Below, in pieces: positions 9,608-19,627 of a stretch of 64,000 bases of DNA; within the stretch, counting starts at the first letter, position 1, and every line of letters starts with the position of its first letter. The translations under genes were made by a program, and so were the position numbers. The notes beneath the pieces were generated by a model, which was not told where the DNA came from, ran no database searches, and was given only the letters and a program-made list of their open reading frames with translations. Source of the stretch: Candidatus Bathyarchaeia archaeon (lineage in GTDB: Archaea; Thermoproteota; Bathyarchaeia; Bathyarchaeales; Bathycorpusculaceae); assembly GCA_049516875.1 (NCBI GenBank), contig JBEKSS010000007.1:1-64000 (forward strand), read 5' to 3'.

Positions 9608-9865
9608 ATGCCAATGAGTCCGCGAAAAAGAAGCCCGAGAAATGCCAAGAGCAAACGTGGCAGAGGCGTTGAGAACTGCCCAGTTGAGACTGGAAAAGAA
9701 TACGAAGTGGATATAACCGACACAAGCCCTCAGGGGGAAGGTATAGCCAGAATCAAGGGTTTCTTAGTTTTCATTGGTAACGCAAAGCCTGGAAACCATT
9801 TAAAAATCAAAATCACGGCAACAGGACCTATGAACGCAGAAGCAGAAATAGTCACTAGGACTTAA
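9608..9865 (+). CDS. Single TRAM-domain RNA chaperone
   Basis: CPVETGKEYEVDI...GEGIARIKGFLVFI. Confidence 0.9.
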   Translation: MPMSPRKRSPRNAKSKRGRGVENCPVETGKEYEVDITDTSPQGEGIARIKGFLVFIGNAKPGNHLKIKITATGPMNAEAEIVTRT

Positions 9866-10278
9866 GCGCTCTTTTCAGTTCGACCGATTTCACACTCGCA
9901 CGCTCAACTCTCATTACTGGTCATTCCAAAACAAAAAACTTGCTAAATAATGAAACTATCTTAGGATCACGCCGTTGCGCTTTTGATCTTTACCTACACT
10001 TCAATCTCCATGCTCGTGGGATTCTTCTTCAGCTTCATCTTCCTCTTCAATCTCGCCCGCACGCCAAGTTGTACCTCTCGGAGTTCATGCAGAAAATCCA
10101 GAAGAATAGCGTTCACGTGGAACTCTGGTCGGATGCCTTTGAAACATGCCCCATAGGTGATACGTGGTTTTCATGAGGCCTTGCGCGCAGGAGCGTCAAG
10201 GACTTTGTGGTTAAGACTGAATCCGCGCGCGCTCGTGGTGTAGTTTTGGAATAGTCGCCTCAAAACCATTACTCTCAT

Positions 10279-11625
10279 ATGCATAAAACAACAGTATTGA
10301 CGTGTCCAAGGATGTCCATCGCTGATCAGAACACTTTCGTGTTTATTTCAGGGAAGAACTGGAAACTGTCGCTAGCGGAGCTTGTTTCATTCTTAGAAGC
10401 GAGAAACTACAGGTTTGAGGTGTGCGAGTCTACAAAAGCGTTCTTTATCGTTAGCATCGACAAGAGTTTGAGTGCCTCAGCCATTGCTGATCTGGGTGGG
10501 ACCATAAAGATCGGCAGAGTGGCCACAAACGTTGCCACCCAGACGGTGGAAGAAGCTTTTCTTCAAAATGACAAAGAGGCTCAAGCGCAGGTCAAGATGA
10601 GTCTATTGTCAAGCGGTATAGTTGATGAAATGCTCGATACCTCATCTGGGAAATCTGTTTTCGGAGTAAGCGTATACTACACAGAACGGTCTTTCCATCC
10701 AGTTTCCAAAACCATGCAACGCTTTCTCGGAAGCTCTCTAAAACAGGAACTGAGAGCTCACGGCAGAAAATCAGGATTCATGGGCTTTCCTAAAAAAAGG
10801 CAGCAACCGCAACTGAGCCACATCGAGGTGCTAAGAAAAGGTTTAGTCGAAAGAAAAGCGGAAGTATTGTTCTGCATAGGCAAAAAACAAACGGCAATAT
10901 CCACTACTGTGGCCGTGCATAACCCCTTCGAATTCCAAAAACGCGACATAGGCAGACCAATCCAGCGTAAGATCTTTGCCATACCGCCACGTCTGGCAAG
11001 AATCATGATAAACCTGGCTTCCTGCACATCTGGAAAATTTCTGCTCGACCCATTCTGCGGAGTCGGCACAATCCTCCAGGAAGCACTCTTGGCCAGAGCA
11101 AAAGTGATCGGCATGGACCTGAACCCGTGGTGCGTCACAGCTTCTAGAGAAAACCTCGGCTGGCTCAAAAGAGAATACGCGCTAGAAGAAGCAGAATACA
11201 CGGTTCTGCAAGGAAACTCACGCAGGCTAACGAACAGGATTCAACAAGAAGTAGACTGCATAGCAACGGAACCCGATCTAGGTCCAGCACTGCGCCACAT
11301 TCCTACCACAGCCTACGCGACAAAAATCATTGACAAGCTTGAACCTTTGTACCATGATTTCTTAGAAGAGGCACACAGAATACTGAAAAAAGGGGGACGA
11401 TTGGTGCTCGTAACACCCTACGTCAAAACACGCTCAGGAAAACCAGTTACCCTGGACATTGAAGAGAAGGCCATGACCGTCGGCTTCAAACGAGTTTATC
11501 CATTTCAAGGAGAGTTCTTTGCCGGAAACAGTATTGCACACGAGAATCTGACCAGAATGGCATTTTTCGTTGATGTGGGAGAAAAGCACAAGATCGGACG
11601 AGAAATACACATTTTCCAGAAATAG
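10279..11625 (+). CDS. Trm11/TrmG10-like tRNA methyltransferase
   Basis: IPPRLARIMINL, LLDPFCGVGTIL; start uncertain. Confidence 0.75.
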   Translation: MHKTTVLTCPRMSIADQNTFVFISGKNWKLSLAELVSFLEARNYRFEVCESTKAFFIVSIDKSLSASAIADLGGTIKIGRVATNVATQTVEEAFLQNDKEAQAQVKMSLLSSGIVDEMLDTSSGKSVFGVSVYYTERSFHPVSKTMQRFLGSSLKQELRAHGRKSGFMGFPKKRQQPQLSHIEVLRKGLVERKAEVLFCIGKKQTAISTTVAVHNPFEFQKRDIGRPIQRKIFAIPPRLARIMINLASCTSGKFLLDPFCGVGTILQEALLARAKVIGMDLNPWCVTASRENLGWLKREYALEEAEYTVLQGNSRRLTNRIQQEVDCIATEPDLGPALRHIPTTAYATKIIDKLEPLYHDFLEEAHRILKKGGRLVLVTPYVKTRSGKPVTLDIEEKAMTVGFKRVYPFQGEFFAGNSIAHENLTRMAFFVDVGEKHKIGREIHIFQK

Positions 11626-11755
11626 GAAGAGAACGTCAAGCATGCATGTCATTCAGTTTGTTCAGTACGTGAAATATGGTGAGCGTGCGCTATAGCAGAC
11701 TTTCAACGCCATGCACGAAAGTGAATAGACCTGTTTTTGAGTTTAGCGCGCTTTG

Positions 11756-12720
11756 CTATAGAGGATATGCTCCACATGTTTGGCAATAAGTAGCGTTTTC
11801 AGGAATGTTAGAGTTGCATTGAGGACATATCTTACCTTCCATGTTGGTTGGATGAGGGACGCCTATCAATGATCTATAAACCTCATAATAGAACAGTTGC
11901 TCCTTATCGCGAATTGTAACTCTATCTTCAGCGAGGTATCTTCTTCTCTTTTCATCGAACTCTGTATCAGAAATCTTCCTGTTAAAGAGGTTTGGAAGCG
12001 TGGTGGTTCCGAGCCATACTCGATAGGAGTCTTAACTCTCCAAGCGATCTCTCTAGGCAAGATATTCTCAAAGGCCTTGTGTAGTATCCATTTACCGTAT
12101 GTTCGTCCGTTTTCTGTTTGAATCTTGTATTGCGAATCTAGTTTCATGGCAAAATCTTTGAAAGCCGGATCGAGGTAGGGAAGCTTAGCCTCTATCTCGA
12201 GAGCCTTAGCAAGTAGGATAGATGAGAACGCCATTACGTTCCACATTTTCTTCAATTCCAAGTCCAGTTTTTCCCCTTCTAACCCGAAGAGGAAACTGTA
12301 TCCGGCTAAGATTTCATCGCTTCCATCACCTGTCATAATAGTGGATACGCCATTTTCTTTAGCTGCCTTTAAGCCTACATAAATCGTCACACTATTACGT
12401 ATCTCCATCGGGTCGAAAGACTTCATCGTCTTCACAACCATAGGGATACCATCATACAACTCGTCTTCGTTAAAGACGTGAATGATATGCTTAAGCCCTA
12501 ATTTACTGGCCATTAAAACAGCATATTCAACATCTGGTGCTGGCGCGTTCTGGAAAGCAACAGTAATTGCCTTTAATGAAATAAACTTTGATGCGATAAC
12601 TGCTAAAATGCTTGTGTCCAAACCGCCAGATAAGAGAATGCCCTCAGCCAGATTATTTTTTACAGCTTTCTCCAGTAAAATTCGAAGTTTAGAGCAAACT
12701 TCGTCAACATCGCTTAGCAT
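11756..12720 (-). pseudogene. Asparagine-synthase-like protein with C-terminal Zn ribbon, frameshifted near 12010
   Basis: LLSGGLDTS, TGDGSDE, LPYLD; other frame continues GTTTLP...RDKEQLFYY...CPQC..YCQTCGAYPL*. Confidence 0.8.
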
Positions 12721-12930
12721 ACTAATCCCTCCCAAATCTTTTCCAAATCTAGTTTATTAGAACGTTAACTTTCATCGAAATCATTAGCCGATACTTCTAA
12801 GCTGATTCCATCCTCTAAAAGTCGCCTTACTTCATACTTATCTCTTGCCAATCTTTTTCCCCCTGTGCGCATCCAACTTGGATATTTTGGCGGTCTTGGC
12901 GGTCTTGGAGGTCGCATTCGATTAGCGCGC

Positions 12931-13094
12931 ATGGTCGTTCCTAAATTGGCTAAAAATGGTTTTTTATTCTTCTTTTGGGGTTTGGGAACGCTGTTGAACC
13001 TCGCGCAGGTTCATCTCTTCTCTGTAGCAGCCAGTCTGTCTGGAATTCAAGAGACGGAATTAAAACCATTTTTGACTATTTTCGGAACAGGCAT
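12931..13094. mobile_element. MITE related to IS at 36811-37900
   Basis: Imperfect terminal inverted repeats (25/33), flanked by GCGCGC and GCGC; ends match 37950-37996. Confidence 0.7.
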
Positions 13095-13211
13095 GCGCAC
13101 TTGAATCCGAACCGAATAGTCACCGTCTACGAGTTTAAGGTCTTGGGAATAGGAGTATATCAAAATTACTATATCCTTTTACCTATTAGATAGTCTAGAA
13201 GGTAATACCCT

Positions 13212-13535
13212 CTAATACCAATCATAGAGATGGGACAAGCAATCCGAGCAAAGATTTCCTTCAAAGAGTTCAGATACTTGTCTGCCACAACCCATGCAAA
13301 TCTTCTTTGGTTCTTCTGTTGTTATCGTTATGTTCAGCATTACTTGACTCAATGCAGAATAGATTTCCTTGACCTCTTTGACTTCTTTTCCATCCTCTGA
13401 AAGCACAAGAAGAACTCCTTCAAAGTTCTTGAAAAAGAGATGATGGTAATCTTTGTTCAATTTCTGTCTTTCAGAATTGTCCAGTTCCAAGATGTCGTGA
13501 AGAGTATGATTAGCCGAGCACAACAAGCATTTCAT
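13212..13535 (-). CDS. Hypothetical protein with CxxC motifs
   Basis: CLLC, CMGC, CSDC. Confidence 0.55.
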   Translation of the reverse strand: MKCLLCSANHTLHDILELDNSERQKLNKDYHHLFFKNFEGVLLVLSEDGKEVKEVKEIYSALSQVMLNITITTEEPKKICMGCGRQVSELFEGNLCSDCLSHLYDWY

Positions 13536-13577
13536 TGTAGATACATCTCCAACACTTCTTTGTCTGTTAATTCTTTA

Positions 13578-13620
13578 GGGTACTGTTAACTTCTCATGGG
13601 ATTGTCTGACGTGTTAACTG
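13578..13620 (+). mobile_element. Solo IS6-like end
   Basis: GGGTACTGTTAAC, same as 2872 motif, with a subterminal GTTAAC; no partner end seen. Confidence 0.45.
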
Positions 13621-13640
13621 TCGTGGGATGACGTAAGCTA

Positions 13641-14174
13641 TTATAACGTCTTTATGATTTTCTCCCTTATGTAAACCTCTAACTCTGTCGACTTGTCATA
13701 GTCGTCTCTTGTGGTCTCAATTTCTTTATGGGGTGTTATCCGTTTCATCAAGGCATTTTTCTGTTCCAGATTTTTAGCATTCTTTTTCTTTAAATATATA
13801 ACAAAAACATTGTATCTTCCTTTGAGTGTCTCTATGGGTCTAAGAATGCAGTCTTCGTTAAGTTTTTCTCTGTCGGCTTCACTAACACTCATAGTAAATG
13901 GAATAATCAAAATGTACCTTTGCCCATTAGCTTTCTTGTCGCATTCATCTGTTCTTTTCTCTATGTCTTTGTTGACACCGTCAACATCGCAAAAACAATT
14001 CACTATTTCGTGTGGTGAACGAGAACTTACCGCATAGACTCTGTTATCATCAAGCATTCTTTCAAAAAAATGACGACCATTATTCGTGGTAGAGGATTTA
14101 TCTTTAAAAAAGCGCTTTATGGTGGTTGTTTTACCTGAACTATTTCCACCACAAAGAATTACAATTACATTCAT
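13641..14174 (-). CDS. P-loop-containing hypothetical protein
   Basis: VIVILCGGNSSGKTT Walker A. Confidence 0.65.
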   Translation of the reverse strand: MNVIVILCGGNSSGKTTTIKRFFKDKSSTTNNGRHFFERMLDDNRVYAVSSRSPHEIVNCFCDVDGVNKDIEKRTDECDKKANGQRYILIIPFTMSVSEADREKLNEDCILRPIETLKGRYNVFVIYLKKKNAKNLEQKNALMKRITPHKEIETTRDDYDKSTELEVYIREKIIKTL

Positions 14175-14237
14175 ATTTGGTCTGTACGTAATTCAGAGTA
14201 CAAAGAACTTAAGTTTTTCTCAACTTTTTCGCGCGCG

Positions 14238-14319
14238 ACGACTAAACGTAAGGGAAAAAGGACGAACATTCCTGCAGCACTACCGCATCTGCAACGAACT
14301 CGCCCTGTTAACAAGCTAG
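14238..14319 (+). pseudogene. C-terminal fragment of winged-helix regulator
   Basis: REKGRTFLQHY resembles the T.KG..FL..Y wing/helix of archaeal wHTH proteins; begins at a GC tract. Confidence 0.4.
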
Positions 14320-14348
14320 GATTGAAACACAACACAGCCGCGCGCGCG

Positions 14349-14624
14349 GAGCCAAACCTACGGGGGAAGAGCACAAGACGGCGCATACTCCGTAATCCAA
14401 ACCAGCGACGGAGGCTACGCGCTAGCGGGGTACACGAACTCTTTCGGCGCTGGCAGCTATGACTTCTGGTTAGTTAAGACAGACTCTTCTGGAAGCATGC
14501 TGTGGAACCAGACTTACGGAGGTTCAGGGGACGATGAAGCTGGATGCGTGATTCAGACGAGCAACGGCTACGCCCTAGCCGGGCTCACAAACTCTACTGG
14601 AGCAGGTAGCGACGATTTCTGGCT
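14349..14624 (+). pseudogene. Internal fragment of beta-propeller repeat surface protein
   Basis: SVIQTSDGGYALAGYTNSFGAGSYDFWLVKTDSSGSMLWNQTYGG, about two repeats; no N- or C-terminus; bounded by GC tracts. Confidence 0.8.
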
Positions 14625-14633
14625 GCGCGCGCG

Positions 14634-14778
14634 TAAACAATACGTTAATGTCAAGATTCCCGTTGAACTTGCAGATGAGGTCGACAAGATTCTTGATAAG
14701 AAGCTTCTGGGATACCGCAGTCGAGGGGAGTTTGTGGCAGAGGCGGTCAGGGACAAACTCATTCAAGTCAAGAAGTAG
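14634..14778 (+). pseudogene. RHH protein lacking its own start, fused in frame to propeller fragment
   Basis: KQYVNVKIPVELADEVDKIL...GYRSRGEFVAEAVRDKL. Confidence 0.75.
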
Positions 14779-14996
14779 TTTTTCTTCTTTATCAAAACGG
14801 TTCTAGTATCTCGAAAGCAGTGGCATTTGATACCGCATCATTGTGGTTTCTCTGAGAAGGTGAGTGTTATATTCCACCTCATCGAACTAATGCAAAACGC
14901 ACCCGCTTTTCTGTCTATTATCGCCGCTGCGTTACAGTAGCGTGCATGTGTGTTGATAAAATCAGTTCTTAAGGCAGGAGAAGGCCTCTCGGGAAT

Positions 14997-15587
14997 ATGC
15001 CGTGTGGCATAATCAGCCGTTCCTTTGTTGAGGAAACAACGTTGAAAAAGTATTGCCACGGAGAATTTCTTAGGATTTGGCAAAATGCTGAAGCATTAGG
15101 CTACAAGCGTTACAGATGGTCAATTGCAAAACACAAGCATGGAGAAACGGACCCAACACTTATGCTAGGATGGTTGCCAAATTTCCATTGGATTAGCAAA
15201 CAAACCTTGGACGCTCAAAGACGAATTTACTCAAACGACCAATGGCTTGTTGAGGTCTTAGGTGGTATTTCCCTCAAAAGCGGTCTTGTAGCGCGCCCGC
15301 TGATTTTGGGCATGGCAAACGAGAAAGAAAAGACATTTTCAGCTAGGTTCAGAACAGAAGACAAGATTACAGTTTTCCATCAACTGAAAGCCTTGGATAT
15401 AGACGAAGCTATTGAAGTTAGTAAGAAATTAGCTGAAGAAAAGAACTGGAAAGTCATAAGCGTTAGAGAATTTAGTGCCAAAAAATCAGAGGAACAGAGA
15501 GAACCTAAATGGAGTCTTAGCGCGCGCGCAAACGGCCCCCACTTCTTACAGGAAACCTATACGATCATTCCGGTTGGATGTGTCTAG
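14997..15587 (+). CDS. Hypothetical protein, C-terminus probably chimeric at GC tract 15520
   Basis: 196-aa ORF reading LSARA through (GC)5. Confidence 0.5.
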   Translation: MPCGIISRSFVEETTLKKYCHGEFLRIWQNAEALGYKRYRWSIAKHKHGETDPTLMLGWLPNFHWISKQTLDAQRRIYSNDQWLVEVLGGISLKSGLVARPLILGMANEKEKTFSARFRTEDKITVFHQLKALDIDEAIEVSKKLAEEKNWKVISVREFSAKKSEEQREPKWSLSARANGPHFLQETYTIIPVGCV

Positions 15588-15608
15588 CGCGTTACTTGGT
15601 TCAGGATT

Positions 15609-16130
15609 TTATGGGAGTAACCGTTTGTTTTTTAGCCATGTTTTTGCCAGTTCGTCGTAGTTTGGGAAGACTTTCTTCAAGATTGGGATGTACATCTGCA
15701 TTTCTTCTTCCGAGAGGTATTGGAATTGGAATTCTCCCGTGTAGGGCGAGGGTTGTCCTTCTCTTGTCACAAATTCTACGTGCATGAACGGGTCTCCTCG
15801 TTTGATTGTGATGGGTCGGCGGTCGTTGCTCAGGTTTACAAGTTCCAAGGCGAGTCTCCCGACGAATCCACTGTGGACTTTTGCAGCGTTCAGGAACGAG
15901 AGTCCCATTCTGCCGTACTTGCTCTTTGCGGTTAAGTGGGCAACGTTGTCTGGTAGTGTGAAGACGATTTCGTGGGTAACCAGGTTCTTGTGTTCCAAGT
16001 AGTGGAGGGTTGTTTCCTCTCTGACTGTTAGTATGTAGCCGTCGCCGTCGAGCAGGTTGTAGTCGTTCGGGTATACGCACTTGTAATTGTCAATGAGTTC
16101 TTTCAGCTTGTCTTTGCCTAGGATACACAT
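15609..16130 (-). CDS. dcd: dCTP deaminase / dUTPase-family protein
   Basis: AKSKYGRMGL, VHSGFVGRLALELVN, Y.G.FQ.Q. Confidence 0.75.
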   Translation of the reverse strand: MCILGKDKLKELIDNYKCVYPNDYNLLDGDGYILTVREETTLHYLEHKNLVTHEIVFTLPDNVAHLTAKSKYGRMGLSFLNAAKVHSGFVGRLALELVNLSNDRRPITIKRGDPFMHVEFVTREGQPSPYTGEFQFQYLSEEEMQMYIPILKKVFPNYDELAKTWLKNKRLLP

Positions 16131-16353
16131 GTGCTAAAAACCTCGCTGTTTTCTAGCAGTACTAAACCTTTGAAGTTATATAGTTTTTCACGTCTTCGTG
16201 CGGGCGTGAGTAGAGGTTGGCGGAACTACTTGGTTTTTATAGTCAGTGGTATCGTTGCGCCTGTGAGCCAGGCAAACGGGTGAGGTTCTAAGCCTCTGTT
16301 GGTTCCAAGTCGGGATAAAGACAGAATTCAGGATTCTGGTAGGGGGTATGCAG

Positions 16354-16710
16354 CTACGTTTCAAGCGCGTGTTCAAACTTGCTTCTCAACAGTTCTGAAG
16401 TTAATTCTCCTTCGATTCGATGTTGGCCAATTATTGCCGCTGGTGTTTTTGTTATTCCTCTCAGACTGGCCTTCAGTCTTCCCTTAAGGGTTGAAACATC
16501 GTATATCTCGACCTTGATGTTTTTTCCTTTGCAAAACTCGCCTAAGACTTCCAACATGTGCAGGTCGGCTTCTGGCAATGAGTTTTCATATTCTGTGACT
16601 TGTTTGGACAGGCAATAATGGTTAATGACGCCATCGGAGACTGGTGGGGTGGTATACTGTCGGACTATGGTTCTTTTTCTTCTGACATAAGCCTCAATCT
16701 TGTTAACCAT
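16354..16710 (-). CDS. Hypothetical protein with thioredoxin-like C-terminus
   Basis: IYDVS...GITKTPAAIIG. Confidence 0.55.
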   Translation of the reverse strand: MVNKIEAYVRRKRTIVRQYTTPPVSDGVINHYCLSKQVTEYENSLPEADLHMLEVLGEFCKGKNIKVEIYDVSTLKGRLKASLRGITKTPAAIIGQHRIEGELTSELLRSKFEHALET

Positions 16711-16808
16711 GGGGCTTCACCGTTCTATTATGCACCGAAAGGACATTTAAGATTGCTGCACATTCATATCTGGCATCTTGGTCGCGCGCTAAAATGGAGG
16801 AGTAACAC

Positions 16809-17408
16809 ATGCGTTGCAAATACGATGAGAAAGACGCCGTTTACACGTGCGGTGTTTGTGGCAGACTGCTTTGCGCAGAGCATGCGAAGTTAAGAACCGT
16901 GTGCCCTTCTCATGTGAAGAAGGCAGAACTGGCCTACACTATTCGTAAGGTAACGAGTAAAGAGGAAAGGTCGATTATTCAAAAGCTTGTTAAGAGATTT
17001 TGGGGAGAGGAGGAACAGCTGACTCTTGACAGAAAATTTGTTGTTACGGAACTGCCGGCTTATGTTGCCAAAGTGGAAAATAGCATAGTCGGATTTGTTT
17101 CGATTGAAGAGACAGGCGATGCCGTCATAGTTGTTGCTCTGGGCGTTCTGCCACGATATCAACGCTCTGGAGTTGGCAGCAGATTGATTGAAAAAGTTGA
17201 AAGTGAAGCGAGAAGATTGCGAAAAAGGAAGGTGCTCGTTTCAACTTCAAACGACGATCTACCCGCGTTGGCCTTTTATCAGTCGCTTGATTTCCAGATT
17301 TACGAAGTGAAACCCGATGTTGTGGCCCAAAAACACGGCGCCGTCCTGCGGGGAATAGGCGGACTGCCAATTAGAGACGAACTTAGATTACAGAGAATAC
17401 TCAATTGA
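16809..17408 (+). CDS. GNAT acetyltransferase with N-terminal Zn finger
   Basis: CGVCGRLLCAEH; VLPRYQRSGVGSRL; TSNDDLPALAFYQ. Confidence 0.85.
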   Translation: MRCKYDEKDAVYTCGVCGRLLCAEHAKLRTVCPSHVKKAELAYTIRKVTSKEERSIIQKLVKRFWGEEEQLTLDRKFVVTELPAYVAKVENSIVGFVSIEETGDAVIVVALGVLPRYQRSGVGSRLIEKVESEARRLRKRKVLVSTSNDDLPALAFYQSLDFQIYEVKPDVVAQKHGAVLRGIGGLPIRDELRLQRILN

Positions 17409-17543
17409 CCTTCTCTGAGCAGTTAAGCAACAGCCTAACGCGCGCGTTAAATCTCTTCTTGGACCAAAAACGATTGCAATGCAGTTTTTGCGCGGAAATC
17501 GCTCGGACCGTGAGCGTTAATTACGTGAACGTAGCCAAGCATC

Positions 17544-18044
17544 TTGAAGCGTCTTCCTCGGTGGTTGCCAGTCGTGAGTGTCAGGAGAGCTGATCTGAAA
17601 GATGTCGAATCGGTTCTGTCTGTCATTAACGCAAGCGTAAGGGACGCTTATGGAAGCATTATCCCGCCAGAGCAGTTTAAGGATCCAGTTTTGACGTTAG
17701 AGCAGCTTGTGAAAGAGTTTAGATCTATGACTTTTTACACTTACAAGCTTGAAGACAAGCTCATAGGCGTTGCCGCGCTGCGAATCGCTGGACACGAGAC
17801 TGGAATGGTGAGGTGGGTTCACGTTCTTCCTCAGTATAGGCAGAAAGGAGTCGGTACCTCTCTGATGAAGCACATCGAACGAGAGGCCAAAAAGATGAGG
17901 CTAAAGAAACTTGAAGCCGTCTATGTTTGGGAAAAAGCGTGGTGGGCCAGAAACTTCTACACAAAGTTAGGTTACAGGAAAGGAAGTATGTTCACTTTGC
18001 CATGGGGAGACCGAGCATACATCTACGAGAAGACTCTTTCCTGA
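17544..18044 (+). CDS. GNAT acetyltransferase
   Basis: VLPQYRQKGVGTSL, FYTKLGY. Confidence 0.85.
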   Translation: MKRLPRWLPVVSVRRADLKDVESVLSVINASVRDAYGSIIPPEQFKDPVLTLEQLVKEFRSMTFYTYKLEDKLIGVAALRIAGHETGMVRWVHVLPQYRQKGVGTSLMKHIEREAKKMRLKKLEAVYVWEKAWWARNFYTKLGYRKGSMFTLPWGDRAYIYEKTLS

Positions 18045-18151
18045 GGGTTCGAATCTTGGGTCCTTCGATTGTGCCCAAGAATTGTTGCTGGCGATGTCTC
18101 CACTCTCTCGCGTAGGAAATTCGTTGCGTCCAAGCCGAACAGCGCGCGCTA

Positions 18152-18810
18152 TTAGTAAATAATTTGGATTAGGTTATAGGGGAAGAGGAGAAGGATAAGC
18201 CCGATGAGAAAAGCTATGGCAACCGTAAATACCGTTTCTGGGATTCTGGAAGGGCATTTTATTGGAAAGATGAAGGGAACCTTTTGTCTGTATCGCTGGA
18301 AGCTTTCTCCAAACCGCTTTAGCAGATGTACTTCTTCATATCGTGCTATGCCAATATAGCCCAGAATCTGTAAGAGCCACAAACTGTGAGCTCTACACTG
18401 TTTCCCCCTAACGTCAGAGTCATTACCGTTAACCCCACAGTGAGAATGATTATTCCTGCAAACTGAGGATGTCTGACGATGGAATATGCTCCAGTCTCGA
18501 TGAGTCCTATCCCTCTCCTGCGATTCAAGAGCAGCTGCACAGCTCCAGCTGCAAGCACAACGATTCCAATAAGAGCGATTATGCGACCGACGATGAAATA
18601 CTTAGAAAAGAACATTACAGCGATTTCCCGCTCGACGTTTGCGTCTCCCCCAGTAAGGTAGACTAGATAGGGTAATAGTGGAATGGTCATGACACTGATG
18701 GCCCAACCAGCATTAAGTATGGTCTGTGTGCTGAACAATATGCCTGCAAACGCTATCTCGAATAGGTGTCGGATTTTTCCCTTAAGCGTTGAACCGCTCA
18801 TGTCACTCAT
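18152..18810 (-). pseudogene. ICMT/PEMT-family membrane methyltransferase, frameshifted near 18385
   Basis: LIETGAYSIVRHPQF in one frame; EEVHLLKRFGESFQRYRQKVP in the next. Confidence 0.75.
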
Positions 18811-19018
18811 AGAAAGAATGACCTATTCTTGTATATAATTCTGAGCCCCAAAGCGCGCGCACATTGTCGGTCCATATCCTAGCGCGCGCGGCGTTCGTCT
18901 TAGAACGGAAGCGAAACGCAAGAACACAATAAGCCCGCCATCCTTCGCATTTTGCACCCAGCGCGCGCTTGATATCCGAAAGAGAGTCCCAATATTACGA
19001 TTCAAACCGCACATTTAT

Positions 19019-19343
19019 CTAATTTCTTTGCCAGAAATGCTTCTTCTTGGCTTGTTCCTGCTGTTTAGACGCGATGGGTTCTTCGCGCTGTGTCGGTTCG
19101 TTCGCCTTTTCTTTCTTAACCTCGATTTCTTCACTGACCTCTTTGACGGCTTCTCTCACAGCCCTCAGCTTTATCTCTTTTATTAGGCTCACACCTTTAC
19201 CCATGATTACGCCACCCGCATATATTCTTCGGAATAGCAGAACCGCCTCTGAAAAGAATCGAGATGCCAAAATAGGGGGGAATAATCACAACTATAAGTC
19301 CAATTGCCAGCAATGCATATCCGACAATTTTGTGAGACTCCAT
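19019..19343 (-). pseudogene. Small membrane protein, frame-disrupted
   Basis: MESHKIVGYALLAIGL..GISILF then YAGGVIMGKGVSLIKE in a different frame. Confidence 0.45.
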
Positions 19344-19627
19344 ATTAAAATCCCCCGCTTGATATGCACTGATTAGTTCACTTGTGTTGATTAGTTTTAT
19401 GGACTATTAATATACATTATGAATACAGCGCGCTAACCGTCTTATCCATACACCAAGCGCGCGATGGGCGAATTCAATATTAGCAGGGCAAAAGCCAAGA
19501 TCAACATCTTGGACCAAGAGGAGCTTTTCAACGCACTTGGATTATGTTTTGTTAGATAGGAGCCTCGCATCTCAAACCAGTCCGGGATCGTTTGAAGTCT
19601 CTTTAGTTCGCTAACTCCATCAAAGCT

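Noticed and set aside
9940-10176. Small ORF or TAG read-through (pyrrolysine) candidate
   Set aside because: No recognisable domain in any frame and no pyl genes in the window.
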